Notes under the pieces: model-generated
What the model was told of the DNA's origin: nothing
Databases searched by the model: none
Seen by the model: the letters and a program-made list of their open reading frames with translations, nothing else
Made by a program: the position numbers and the translations under genes
Part shown: piece after piece, positions 8,408 to 16,233 of the stretch
How the letters are laid out: each line of letters opens with the position of its first letter
Position numbering within the stretch: position 1 is the stretch's first letter
NCBI GenBank assembly: GCA_965228485.1
Contig: OZ245819.1
Coordinates: forward strand, 420,001 to 452,000
Direction of reading: 5' to 3'
Source of the DNA: Candidatus Saccharimonadota bacterium
Lineage (GTDB): Bacteria; Patescibacteriota; Gracilibacteria; UBA4473
DNA length: 32,000 nt

Positions 8408-8424
8408 GACTGTAAATGTGCGAA

Positions 8425-8688
8425 TTATTGTCGAAGACCTAAGTCTTTAACTACTTGAGCGTGTGATTTTGGATTGTTCATTTTCAAGTAGCTCAGTAGT
8501 TTTCTTCTTCGTCCTACCATTCCGATCAAACCTCGTCGAGAGTGTTTGTCTTTTTTATGAGTCTTTAAGTGCTCAGTTAGTTTGTTGATTTTATCCGTTA
8601 GGATTGCAATCTGTACTGGAGCTGATCCAGTATCTTTCTTATGCGTTTGGTGATTTGCAATCACGGTTTTTTTGTCAGTCTTTACCAT
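8425..8688 (-). CDS. rpsO: 30S ribosomal protein S15
   Basis: 87 aa. Matches S15 through TGSAPVQIAILTDKINKLTEHLKTHKKDKHSRRGLIGMVGRRRKLLSYL. Confidence 0.95.
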   Translation of the reverse strand: MVKTDKKTVIANHQTHKKDTGSAPVQIAILTDKINKLTEHLKTHKKDKHSRRGLIGMVGRRRKLLSYLKMNNPKSHAQVVKDLGLRQ

Positions 8689-8718
8689 TAGAAATTAAAA
8701 ATTAGTAGTTCGGGCGAG

Positions 8719-8746
8719 ATTCTAAGGAGTTTCCCCCCTTGGTCAA
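8719..8746 (-). promoter_or_regulatory. Sigma70-like promoter for rpsO
   Basis: On the minus strand: TTGACC, 16 nt, TAGAAT, about 30 nt upstream of the rpsO ATG. Confidence 0.45.
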
Positions 8747-8753
8747 GGCAAAA

Positions 8754-9347
8754 TTATTTCGTCTCTAGATATTCTGCAGCCAGATCTTGAATGATATCTG
8801 AGCGTACAAAATATGATTTATTTTTTTCTATATCCGTCCCGATTAACATTCCATAAATATTACCCATTTCATCAAACAAAGGACTCCCTGAATCTCCTGG
8901 TTCTAAAACGGTCTCTACCGACATGAGGTTGGTAATTTCATCGTAAGAAAAAAATGTTTCTTCTGAACCTACAACTTTTACTTTATGTAACTGAAAACCG
9001 TCAAACCAAGAAAGCACTTCTCCAACAGCGGGTGGATTATCTTTCCACAAGGGAGTCTCATACCAACCACTCTGCTTTGGCTCAAAGAAAAGTACATCAT
9101 GCTGGAAATCTCTTACCAAAACTTCAATAGGTTTCCCCTGAAAGAAAAGCTCTCCCGCTGACTGCCAAAGATGATCTGGAGCGACATATATAGAGGCAGA
9201 GAATGGAATGGCTTTCCCAACAATTTCTGACTCACTGTTCTCCAATACAATGACTGAAGGGATTGTGTTCCCATGATCAATTTCAACGCTTTTTTCAATA
9301 GAACACGCTGACAAAAAAAGAATCACTACAAGCCACCATCTCATCAT
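8754..9347 (-). CDS. Small trypsin-like (S1/Trypsin_2-like) serine peptidase lipoprotein
   Basis: Lipobox signal MMRWWLVVILFLSAC. Candidate catalytic triad in the correct order: APDHLW (His), HDVLFF (Asp), EPGDSGSPLFDEMGNIYGMLIG (Ser). Confidence 0.65.
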   Translation of the reverse strand: MMRWWLVVILFLSACSIEKSVEIDHGNTIPSVIVLENSESEIVGKAIPFSASIYVAPDHLWQSAGELFFQGKPIEVLVRDFQHDVLFFEPKQSGWYETPLWKDNPPAVGEVLSWFDGFQLHKVKVVGSEETFFSYDEITNLMSVETVLEPGDSGSPLFDEMGNIYGMLIGTDIEKNKSYFVRSDIIQDLAAEYLETK

Positions 9348-9379
9348 TAGTTTCAGCTTAAGATTTTAGAGAATATTGT

Positions 9380-11092
9380 CTATTCTTCTTCAGCCTCTAA
9401 TTCTTTTTCTCTTAAAATTTCTTCGTGACGAGTTCTTAATGGTGCTAAGTCCTTGTATAAGTCATCACTACTCAGTGAATCTAATCTTTCTTGTGTCATC
9501 TCCACACAGCATTTGTGAATTGCTGCTGACGCCAAACGCCCTTGATCCGCACTTACACAAAACATCATAGCCTGTTCATCTTCACCCTGATCAACCCCCG
9601 TAATATTTACATCAGCCGCATACAAGGCTCGTGTAGCAGCCGCCATAACCCCAGGTCTTCCCATGTTATTTCCAAGGGCAAAGACGGCACTCACCACTTT
9701 TCGATCTGCTTTAGCTCCTAATTTTTTAGAAACAGAATCCTGGAGAACTTTAAAGTCTCCATCAGAAATTTGACCACTAACGGTAATAGAAACTTTTCTT
9801 CCACTTTGACTGTTCAAAAGTATTTTATATCCCTGTTTCAAAGCCCATACATAAATATGTCCTAAAACTTTTTGGAAATCCAATCCATGATTCCCCGTCA
9901 AATCTAAACCAATAGTAGTGGCATTTCTGAGTGAAACATTTTCTACTCCCCCTGCATCTGCCTCATAATCAGTAATACGTGAAATCTTATGCGCTCGTTT
10001 ATCTTCTGGATTAAATACAAAAATATCTACTCCTTTTTTGAGCGTGTGTACCAGCGCACTTGCCTGAACCGCACCAGCATTGGCAAATGTCTCTTTCAAT
10101 AAATTCTGAGCCATCCCTGGAGATATTTTTGTTAGGACTTTTGGACCTAGGTCAAAATCTTCAGCAATGCTTGGATCAATACTCATTAACGGATGTTTTT
10201 TCTCAATAGAAAAGGCTGTTTCCACTCCAGACTCTTCAGAAGCGCCTGCCACTACGGCTGCAATTTTTTCACTAAAACCCTTTTCTGTCGCTAATACTGG
10301 GGCATGCCCTCCTGTTATGACTACATCCGCCTCTTTAAGAGCCGACTCAACTTTTCCGCTAATGTCAGCTTGTACCCACTCTTCAGCTGTATTTCGATCT
10401 TTCTCACCAGCGACAGTTTTTGCCCCTAATTTTTTAATTTCAATACCATCTTTTTCTAATTCATCATAAGCCTCTGAAACAGAAACCATTTCAGAGTTAA
10501 CTTCATTTTTAAGACTAAAATAACAATCATAAATATCTCGAGCCAAATCTTCTCCAAACCCACTTAATGAAATAACCCTCCTATCTGAAAGTTTTACACA
10601 CTGTTCTCTATTGAGATCAATAAGCTCTAATTTCTCTTGATTAATGAGTTTCGCTAAGTCGTCACAACGACTACAAATTAATGTATTAAATGGTCCAAAT
10701 GAAACTTCACTATCCTGAGATAAGTTTTTTTCAACTGTCTCGAGCGTAAAACGACGAATACAGTCCAAAATTTCCAGAGCCTTCTCTACCTTCCCCTTCC
10801 TTAGAGCCTTCGCCATTGCCACTAAATGATTCGTCGTATTAAAACCAAAACTAGAAGAATCCCCCTCTGAAGGCTTGAGAGAACGATGTCTATATTTCCC
10901 TGCCTCAACTTCATCAGAATCTCGAATAGCCGAAACCACGATAATTCTTTTTCTATCACCTTTTAAAGAAGCTTTAATATTTTGATAATTCTCAACAATA
11001 TCCGCGGCATTATCACCACCAATTTTTGAAACTTCTACTGCTTTACGTTCCAAGGCCTCAAGATTGTTTAGTTTTCCAAATTCTTCACTCAT
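9380..11092 (-). CDS. Aspartokinase-like protein (amino-acid kinase fold plus C-terminal ACT region), highly divergent, 570 aa
   Basis: By-eye alignment to aspartokinases gives these pairs: SKIGGDN vs KFGGTS, IIVVSAIR vs VVVSA, SLSGFGEDLA vs SxGExxSA. Also EKGFSEKIAAVVA vs GRGGSDYTAALLA and MSIDPS vs TTDPR. The ACT-like region reads VSAVFALGNNMGRPGVMAAATRALYAADVNITGVDQGEDEQAMMFCV. Confidence 0.6.
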   Translation of the reverse strand: MSEEFGKLNNLEALERKAVEVSKIGGDNAADIVENYQNIKASLKGDRKRIIVVSAIRDSDEVEAGKYRHRSLKPSEGDSSSFGFNTTNHLVAMAKALRKGKVEKALEILDCIRRFTLETVEKNLSQDSEVSFGPFNTLICSRCDDLAKLINQEKLELIDLNREQCVKLSDRRVISLSGFGEDLARDIYDCYFSLKNEVNSEMVSVSEAYDELEKDGIEIKKLGAKTVAGEKDRNTAEEWVQADISGKVESALKEADVVITGGHAPVLATEKGFSEKIAAVVAGASEESGVETAFSIEKKHPLMSIDPSIAEDFDLGPKVLTKISPGMAQNLLKETFANAGAVQASALVHTLKKGVDIFVFNPEDKRAHKISRITDYEADAGGVENVSLRNATTIGLDLTGNHGLDFQKVLGHIYVWALKQGYKILLNSQSGRKVSITVSGQISDGDFKVLQDSVSKKLGAKADRKVVSAVFALGNNMGRPGVMAAATRALYAADVNITGVDQGEDEQAMMFCVSADQGRLASAAIHKCCVEMTQERLDSLSSDDLYKDLAPLRTRHEEILREKELEAEEE

Positions 11093-11173
11093 GATTAGGG
11101 CTTATTTTTCACATAATTAATTATATTTAAAAAAAGTCAAATCAATGATGATTAATTTTTAATAAAGGCTTAG

Positions 11174-11203
11174 TTTACACAAAATCTGAAAACACGTTAT
11201 AAT
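11174..11203 (+). promoter_or_regulatory. Sigma70-like promoter for the 11224 gene
   Basis: TTTACA, 18 nt, TATAAT, placed 20 nt upstream of the ATG. Confidence 0.5.
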
Positions 11204-11223
11204 GAAAAAAAATAACAATATAA

Positions 11224-12129
11224 ATGAAAAAATTAATCCACTTGTTGATTATTGTTGGGCTTGGGTATGTTGGTTATCACGTAGCTTATCAACCACCAGA
11301 ATTAAAAAAAATGAATGAGTTGTTGGTCACTCAGCCAACTACCAATGTTTTTTCCAATGGCTTTGAAAAAGTAGAGAAACTTCGAGATTTATTTGATGAA
11401 GACTTCAGTATTTGGCATGAGATCGTCTTACAACACAACACTCGGGCTATTCGACGAACGGTAAGACATTGTATGCTCAATAAATATTATTGTGATATCG
11501 ATAAATCACTCGGAAATTATATAGAGCTTGATGATGAAAGAAAAAGAAGCGGGAAATATAGTCTAAAATTTCATGCTGAACCCTTTGATCCTAAGTTTTT
11601 TGGAGATTCAAAAGCGGCTATTCGAAGACAACTTTTAAACTTTAAAAAAGGTGATGAAATTTATTTCTCCGGATGGTTCTTCATAGAGGATGATGACCCT
11701 GATACAGAAGAACACCATGGACTTTCGCTTCTTGCTTTTAGATCTCAATCAGGAAGTCTTCGATATCTTGGAGAACCGGGAAGAAGAATCAGCCTAGAAG
11801 GAAAAGGGCTGGTTTATTCCGATACTGACAACTGGCTTCCTCAACCTCCAATTTTTAAGCAAGACGCCCTAGATCAACTTCACTTTCCAGAAGACAAATG
11901 GGTTCACGTAAAAATCTACATGAAACTTTCGGAAGGAAATGATGGTAAGATGGAAGTCTGGCAAAACGATACTAAGATATTATCTGAACGAGGTGCGACT
12001 CTTCCAGAGAGAGATACTGTTTACTCAATTTTTGAAGTCGGAATCTTGAACAATCAAAACCAAGTTTTCCCTCAAACAGTTTATGTAGACGATATTTGGA
12101 TATCTCCCGTTAAGTTCCCTGAAGAGTAA
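11224..12129 (+). CDS. Membrane-anchored ConA-like / polysaccharide-lyase-like (PF14099-type) protein
   Basis: N-terminal TM anchor LIHLLIIVGLGYVGYHV. The pattern KWVHVKIYMKLSEGNDGKMEVWQNDTKI ... VYVDDIWIS is typical of ConA-like lyase/glucanase folds. The family call is tentative. Confidence 0.5.
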   Translation: MKKLIHLLIIVGLGYVGYHVAYQPPELKKMNELLVTQPTTNVFSNGFEKVEKLRDLFDEDFSIWHEIVLQHNTRAIRRTVRHCMLNKYYCDIDKSLGNYIELDDERKRSGKYSLKFHAEPFDPKFFGDSKAAIRRQLLNFKKGDEIYFSGWFFIEDDDPDTEEHHGLSLLAFRSQSGSLRYLGEPGRRISLEGKGLVYSDTDNWLPQPPIFKQDALDQLHFPEDKWVHVKIYMKLSEGNDGKMEVWQNDTKILSERGATLPERDTVYSIFEVGILNNQNQVFPQTVYVDDIWISPVKFPEE

Positions 12130-12182
12130 TCTGTGCTACATGGATAACTAGGACTAAGACTCACAAATAATAGACTTTAGGT

Positions 12183-12860
12183 ATGAAAAAATGGTTATTA
12201 ATCACTCTGATACTCACAACTATTGGTGCTAGCTGGTACATAGTAAAAGAACTTGGAATAGAATCTGAACTAAAGCATTTTATACAGCCTGAAAATCTCA
12301 AAAACTGGATCGAACAATTTGGCATATTTGCACCGATTGTGTTTATGGTAATTTATTATTTTCTGGTTTTAGCCTTTGTATCTGCGGCAGCTTTTACAAT
12401 TCTAGCAGGAATACTCTTTGGAAAACTTTGGGGTTCAATCTACGTCATTATTGCGGCCACATTAGCGGCTCAAACGGGATTTTTTATTAGCAGAGCTCTG
12501 GGGAGTGAGAAATTAGCCGAACTAAAAAATAAAAAAGGCATTGGAAAATTTATCAAACTATTAGAAGAAAAATCAGAGCATCACGGATTCCGAAATCTAT
12601 TTATTTTAAGATGCTTATTTCTCCCTTATATGCCACTGAGCTATGCTGCTGGTATAATAAAAAAAGTACGTCCTACGGATTTTCTTTGGGCAACATTACT
12701 CACCAATCTCATTTTTAGTCCCGCTTTTGTCTTCTTTGGAGACTCATTATTAAAAGGGCCAAAAGCGCTTATCCTACCATTAGTACTTATTTGTGTAGTT
12801 CTTTTGGTTCCAAAAATTGTAAAATACTTTCAAAAACATAATACTCATTCACATGCTTAA
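12183..12860 (+). CDS. DedA-superfamily membrane protein, TVP38/TMEM64 (SNARE-associated) family
   Basis: About 5 TM helices. The core LAGILFGKLWGSIYVIIAATLAAQTGFFISRALG is typical of the family. It overlaps the next gene by 8 nt (ATGCTTAA). Confidence 0.8.
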   Translation: MKKWLLITLILTTIGASWYIVKELGIESELKHFIQPENLKNWIEQFGIFAPIVFMVIYYFLVLAFVSAAAFTILAGILFGKLWGSIYVIIAATLAAQTGFFISRALGSEKLAELKNKKGIGKFIKLLEEKSEHHGFRNLFILRCLFLPYMPLSYAAGIIKKVRPTDFLWATLLTNLIFSPAFVFFGDSLLKGPKALILPLVLICVVLLVPKIVKYFQKHNTHSHA

Positions 12861-14352
12861 AGGTTATGAATACGATCTGATTATTATTGGAGGTGGTTCT
12901 GCTGGATTGTCTCTCGCCTCAGGGGCTGCTCAACTAGGAGTAAAAACACTCCTCGTTAGCAAGGAAATGTTGGGGGGCGATTGTCTTCATTATGGATGTG
13001 TTCCAAGCAAAGCACTCCTAAAAAGCGCCAAGGTATCATACCATTTCAGTCATGCTGAAGAATATGGGCTCACTAACACCGTCCCTAATTTTGAATGGAG
13101 TAATATCATTAGAAGAATCGGAGACATTCAAAATAATATCCAACAACATGATCATCCAGACCGATTCAGAAAACTCGGATGCGAAGTTTTGTTTGGAGAA
13201 GCCTCTTTCCTCAATGAACATGAACTAACGATAGAACTGACTCCACATCTAAGAAGTTATCAACCCATATCGGTCGCAGGGAAAGATAGAGTAAATGTTA
13301 CCGGGAAAAAGTTTTCTATAGCTACAGGATCGAGCCCCCGAATCCCAGATATCCTAGGATTAAAAGAGGTAGGATTTATTACTAATGAACAAATCTTCAC
13401 ATTACCCAATCAACCCAAAAGTCTCGCTATTATTGGTGGCGGAGTGATTGCTGCAGAAATGGCACAAGCTTTCTCTCGACTGGGTACAAAAGTCTACATC
13501 ATTGAAAAACATGATCAATTTTTTGGAAGATTTGATAAAGACATCAGCCAATCAATCCAGCAAAAGTTTCTCCAAGAAGGTATTCAAATCTACACCAGCA
13601 CAACTCCAATAAAAGTTGAAAAAACTGAGATGGGAAAACGACTCGCCGTAGAGAAAGATGGTCAACAATATAAACTAGAAGTGAGTGAAATTCTGGTTGC
13701 TACAGGAAGAACCCCAAATACAAATCTAAGCTTAAAAGCCGCAGGTATCGATTTTACAGAAAAAGGTATTACCGTTGATAAGTATTTAAGAACGAGCAAA
13801 AAACACATAACTGCTATTGGCGATGTAAATGGAAAATCATTATTTACTCACACAGCTAACTACGAGGCAGGGGTTGTTCTTACTAATGAAATAATTCGTA
13901 TTCCATTTCATAAGACAAAGGTCGACTATAGTCATATTGGATGGACTATTTATACGCATCCAGAAATTGCCAGTATTGGGATAGATGAAACTAAAGCTGC
14001 TACAAAGAAAAAATTAAAATATGAGGTAGTAAAATTTGAACTCAGTAAAAATGATCGAGCTCTTTCAGAGTCTGAAGCAGAAGGATTTGTAAAACTTATT
14101 ATCAATAAAAAACAGGAAGTTCTGGGATGCCAAATTGTAGCTCCTCGAGCAGGAGAAATGATTCGAGAATGGCAACTAGTCATAAGCCAAAAAATAAAAC
14201 TCAGTAAAATTGCTCGATCTAACTATATTTACCCAACATTTGGAGAAGCCAGTAAATGGGCCGCTAGTAGCTACTATGCTCCAAAACTCTTTTCCCCTAA
14301 AGTAAAAAAATGGCTACACTTCTTTTATCATTATAGAGGTGATAGAAGCTAA
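12853..14352 (+). CDS. Class-I pyridine nucleotide-disulfide oxidoreductase (Lpd/MerA-like, specificity unknown)
   Basis: FAD motif DLIIIGGGSAGL, redox CxxxxC GGDCLHYGCVPSKALL, NAD(P) motif IIGGGVIAAEMA. The C-terminal interface reads IYPTFGEA, with Tyr where Lpd/GR have His. Confidence 0.85.
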   Translation: MLKGYEYDLIIIGGGSAGLSLASGAAQLGVKTLLVSKEMLGGDCLHYGCVPSKALLKSAKVSYHFSHAEEYGLTNTVPNFEWSNIIRRIGDIQNNIQQHDHPDRFRKLGCEVLFGEASFLNEHELTIELTPHLRSYQPISVAGKDRVNVTGKKFSIATGSSPRIPDILGLKEVGFITNEQIFTLPNQPKSLAIIGGGVIAAEMAQAFSRLGTKVYIIEKHDQFFGRFDKDISQSIQQKFLQEGIQIYTSTTPIKVEKTEMGKRLAVEKDGQQYKLEVSEILVATGRTPNTNLSLKAAGIDFTEKGITVDKYLRTSKKHITAIGDVNGKSLFTHTANYEAGVVLTNEIIRIPFHKTKVDYSHIGWTIYTHPEIASIGIDETKAATKKKLKYEVVKFELSKNDRALSESEAEGFVKLIINKKQEVLGCQIVAPRAGEMIREWQLVISQKIKLSKIARSNYIYPTFGEASKWAASSYYAPKLFSPKVKKWLHFFYHYRGDRS

Positions 14353-14423
14353 AAACTTTGATTTATTTTCATTGCCCTTTTGTCTTTTATTAATAAAATT
14401 AATGGTAGATTAATGATATTTAG

Positions 14424-14729
14424 ATGAAGTATTTTTTGGGCAAAGTAAGCGTATTAGGTTTATTGTTAATGTTGACGGCATGTTCTCAAGAGCAAGAAAA
14501 GGCAATTGATCCAGAGATCCTGACTCAAGCTACCAGAGCTGGAGAGTCTTCAGCTATTATCAAAATCATCCAAAGAGCTGAAACTGAACCTTGTCAGCCT
14601 ATCTACTTATTTAATCATCTGGATGAAGACAATAAGCAGGAGGTGAACTTAATAAATATTGAGTGTGAGGCTTTGAATTTACCAGGCCTTACCAACACCG
14701 AAGAACAAGATATTAAAACCGAAGATTAA
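14424..14729 (+). CDS. Small hypothetical lipoprotein (101 aa)
   Basis: Lipobox LLLMLTAC. Acidic C-terminus. A strong terminator follows. Confidence 0.6.
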   Translation: MKYFLGKVSVLGLLLMLTACSQEQEKAIDPEILTQATRAGESSAIIKIIQRAETEPCQPIYLFNHLDEDNKQEVNLINIECEALNLPGLTNTEEQDIKTED

Positions 14730-14747
14730 AAACTATTAAATTACTAG

Positions 14748-14779
14748 AAAGACCCGCCTCAAAACGGGTCTTTTATTTT
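14748..14779 (+). terminator. Rho-independent terminator
   Basis: Perfect 7-bp stem AGACCCG/CGGGTCT with an 8-nt loop, followed by TTTTATTTT. Confidence 0.75.
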
Positions 14780-14787
14780 CATAAATT

Positions 14788-16233
14788 ATGAATGAATCCC
14801 AAACCGTAAACGATAATAATGATAGACTTCCCCAGTTCAGTAATCAAATATCGCGCATTGAAGAATTCAAAGAGAAAACTCGATTGGAAGTTCCTCATCA
14901 ACTTCAAGGGACAATCTTTGAACGCATAGAGAACCTTAGTTCAGATGGTAGCAATCAAATAGAAGAACAATCTATTGAAGTGTTGATAAATCAAGCCATA
15001 AAGCTTAAAAAACTTTTAGAACAATTTGAACACCACCTATCACAAGCGGCCCAATCAAAGGCCATTGCTGAAACCGAGATTGAACTTTTTTGGACAAAGT
15101 TTGATATTGGAATGCTGGACCCGAATGAATTTCAAAACAAGATCAAAAAATACTTAGACGAACGCTACGCAAAACACGCTAAGGAAACTGAGGTTATCAA
15201 TGATACGAATAAAAAAGCTCTCAAAGTAAGCGAAGAAACTGAAGCTGAAATAAAAGAATACTTGGAGTATTATTTCACTACAGCAGAAAGAGAAAAACTC
15301 TACGCACAAAGAGCGCGCGCCGAAAAAAAAGGCTTACAGGCTTTGGAAGACTTTCAAGCAAAACTTGTGCAACTTAGAAAGAGAAAAGAAGTCTTCACCG
15401 AATACACTCTTAATATCGTAGCTCAAAATAAACATCGACCACTTTTCTGCCAGAAACAATTTGCTCGTCTAGAAAAAAAATGTGGGGCCAAAATTTTTAG
15501 CCTTCCAAGCGTTGAATCTGTACGCAAAGAATTGGAACGACCAACAGAACTCTATGAAGAATTTGAACGTCTTAAAGCAGAGGCCTCAAACCTTAATGAA
15601 GAATTTCGGGATATCACGGGCAAAAACCTTCCAGGATTTAAATTTCAAACCCCAACCAAGGCTGATAACGATAACACTCTTGAAGAAGAAAATGACAAGG
15701 ATCAAGAAATAAAAGAAAAAGTTGAAAGTAAGGAAACACAAATCAGAGCTCTCACCGAAACACGAAGACTGTTGACTCACAGTATGAGTTTTTGGTCAAA
15801 AGCCGATCCTAAACTTCTGGAAGATCCCTCTTTTAGTATCGCTGGAGGAAACCGCAGAAAAAGAATTATGTCTGCTAATGAAAACCTTCCCAGCGTAGAA
15901 CGTTATGAAACAGAAGAAATGAAGTCTGCCCAATTAGCTCAGGCCAAAGACGGGACTGAAGGACTCTGGCATTATCGAACTATTGACATTCCTACCTACG
16001 CCGAAGATTTTACTCCTGACAAAGCTAATACCCTTATTAGTAAACTTGGAACTTATACCGAAGGTGGTGGAGACGATATGGTAGCCATGACCGGTCTATG
16101 GTACATTGATATGGCGAAACGCGGAGGTGCCAAAGCAAAATCTGTTTCAATGAATGACTACCTATCACACATCGATCATCTACTCCGTGAACTTCGAGGC
16201 ACAGACGCCCAGAAAATTGATTTAGCGGCCTAA
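14788..16233 (+). CDS. Hypothetical coiled-coil protein (481 aa), no recognised family
   Basis: The N-terminal ~330 aa are E/K/Q-rich and look like heptad repeats. The C-terminal ~150 aa look globular (WHYRTIDIPTYAEDF...GGGDDMVAMTGLWYIDMAKRGG). No signal peptide. Confidence 0.6.
   Translation: MNESQTVNDNNDRLPQFSNQISRIEEFKEKTRLEVPHQLQGTIFERIENLSSDGSNQIEEQSIEVLINQAIKLKKLLEQFEHHLSQAAQSKAIAETEIELFWTKFDIGMLDPNEFQNKIKKYLDERYAKHAKETEVINDTNKKALKVSEETEAEIKEYLEYYFTTAEREKLYAQRARAEKKGLQALEDFQAKLVQLRKRKEVFTEYTLNIVAQNKHRPLFCQKQFARLEKKCGAKIFSLPSVESVRKELERPTELYEEFERLKAEASNLNEEFRDITGKNLPGFKFQTPTKADNDNTLEEENDKDQEIKEKVESKETQIRALTETRRLLTHSMSFWSKADPKLLEDPSFSIAGGNRRKRIMSANENLPSVERYETEEMKSAQLAQAKDGTEGLWHYRTIDIPTYAEDFTPDKANTLISKLGTYTEGGGDDMVAMTGLWYIDMAKRGGAKAKSVSMNDYLSHIDHLLRELRGTDAQKIDLAA

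Noticed and set aside
9376-10469. Plus-strand ORFs 9376..9570 and 10167..10469.
   Set aside because: They are antisense to the 570-aa aspartokinase-like gene, and their translations are low-complexity.
12853-14352. Calling the first disulfide reductase merA or lpdA.
   Set aside because: It lacks the MerA C-terminal Cys pair and N-terminal metal-binding domain. It also lacks the His of the Lpd/GR HPTxxE dyad (IYPTFGEA instead). No E1/E2 or mer genes are nearby. I therefore kept it as a generic class-I oxidoreductase.
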